From Solirubrobacterales bacterium (GTDB taxonomy: Bacteria; Actinomycetota; Thermoleophilia; Solirubrobacterales; 70-9), in NCBI GenBank assembly GCA_025936755.1, contig JAICSS010000003.1, forward strand, positions 44,272 to 108,271: a DNA stretch of 64,000 bases, read 5' to 3'. The notes beneath the pieces were generated by a model. The model did no database searches. It had not been told where the DNA came from and saw only the letters and a list, made by a program, of their open reading frames with translations. This document shows positions 63,594 to 64,000 of the stretch, in pieces (the first letter of the stretch is position 1; the number at the start of each line of letters is the position of its first letter). The position numbers and the translations under genes were made by a program.

Positions 63594-64000
63594 CTAGCTC
63601 CCCCGCAGGGCCCGCAGGACGACCCCCGGACGGCGCCCGACCTTCGGGCCCAAGACGAGGGCGAAGACGGTGAGCGCCAGCCACGGTCGCAGGTGCGGGC
63701 CGATGCGGCGGATGCGGCCCCCGGCGTCGAGGTCGAAGACCATCGCGTCGGTCATCCGCACGCCCAGCAGCCGCGCTTCGCCGAAGAGGACGCGCCGCTC
63801 TCCGGCGCCGATCTCGTCGGTCCAGCGCAGTCCCTTCAGGCTGCCGTAGACGGCGGCGAGCAGGTGCCGGACGTCGTCGCTGCCGCGGAAGACCATCCGG
63901 CCCGAGATCGGCGAGACGAGCTCGGCGTCGGGCGCGAGCGTCGCCATGATCCCGTCGATGTCGCCCGCCTCCGAGGCGCTTCGGTACCGCTGGATCGCGT
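63594..64000 (-). CDS. SnoaL/NTF2-like domain protein, 5' end runs off the window
   Basis: The open frame continues upstream of the track ATG (…AIQRYRSASEAGDIDGIMATLAPDAELVSP), a typical SnoaL-like N-terminal pattern. Confidence 0.55.
   Translation of the reverse strand, partial: AIQRYRSASEAGDIDGIMATLAPDAELVSPISGRMVFRGSDDVRHLLAAVYGSLKGLRWTDEIGAGERRVLFGEARLLGVRMTDAMVFDLDAGGRIRRIGPHLRPWLALTVFALVLGPKVGRRPGVVLRALRGS

Noticed and set aside
1-64000. CRISPR arrays, rRNA genes, IS elements with transposases
   Set aside because: No regularly spaced short direct repeats, no rRNA-like conserved blocks and no DDE/transposase motifs were seen. The only recombinase is the large serine recombinase at 10185-11804.

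Overview
High-GC (about 70%) Actinomycetota-like chromosomal window. All family calls below come from reading motifs in the supplied translations; I ran no HMM or BLAST searches. Left to right:

- **22-4707:** mraZ, then a Tad/Flp pilus operon (tadC, tadB, cpaF, cpaB) that starts with a minimal histidine kinase.
- **5726-12139:** an OmpR-family response-regulator gene split in frame by a 5.7-kb element. The element carries a large serine recombinase, a PLD-like nuclease, a receiver-less OmpR-type DNA-binding protein, nested inverted repeats and a very long hairpin.
- **12146-18001:** housekeeping genes (DUF192, PfkB kinase, CpsB-like phosphatase, glpD, nitroreductase) plus a Rho-derived protein with a degenerate Walker A.
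- **18045-24475:** a cobalamin-riboswitch-controlled ECF transporter operon with two DUF4430 proteins and an S-component fused to an alpha-toroid domain.
- **24552-36693:** ZIP transporter with a Cys-rich ArsR, a methyltransferase, a tandem-fused ArsR-like regulator (its paralogues recur at 5075-5674 and 41074-41691), a secreted protein plus S1 peptidase, a GCS2 ligase and MFS transporters.
- **36671-40178:** a translationally coupled three-gene operon next to tRNA-Glu and tRNA-Leu. It encodes a HARE-HTH protein, a 777-aa GHKL-like protein with two Big_2 domains, and a winged-helix-like protein. This is my best candidate for an undescribed defence or DNA-surveillance system.
- **41688-53106:** hydrolases, the sulfate ABC transporter cysPTWA, greA, DUF389, RDD, NUDIX and a PQQ-type beta-propeller lipoprotein.
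- **53119-61564:** a seven-gene biosynthetic-looking operon (ArgRS-like, PabAB, GNAT, HDAC-like, chorismate mutase, P450, flavin monooxygenase) headed by tRNA-Thr.
- **61670-64000:** an XRE regulator with a perfect SOS-box-like palindrome upstream, a Ser/Thr kinase, and a partial SnoaL-like gene at the window edge.

No CRISPR array or rRNA was seen. Many long Arg/Pro/Gly-rich ORFs in the track are frame-shadow artefacts of the high GC content and were discarded.
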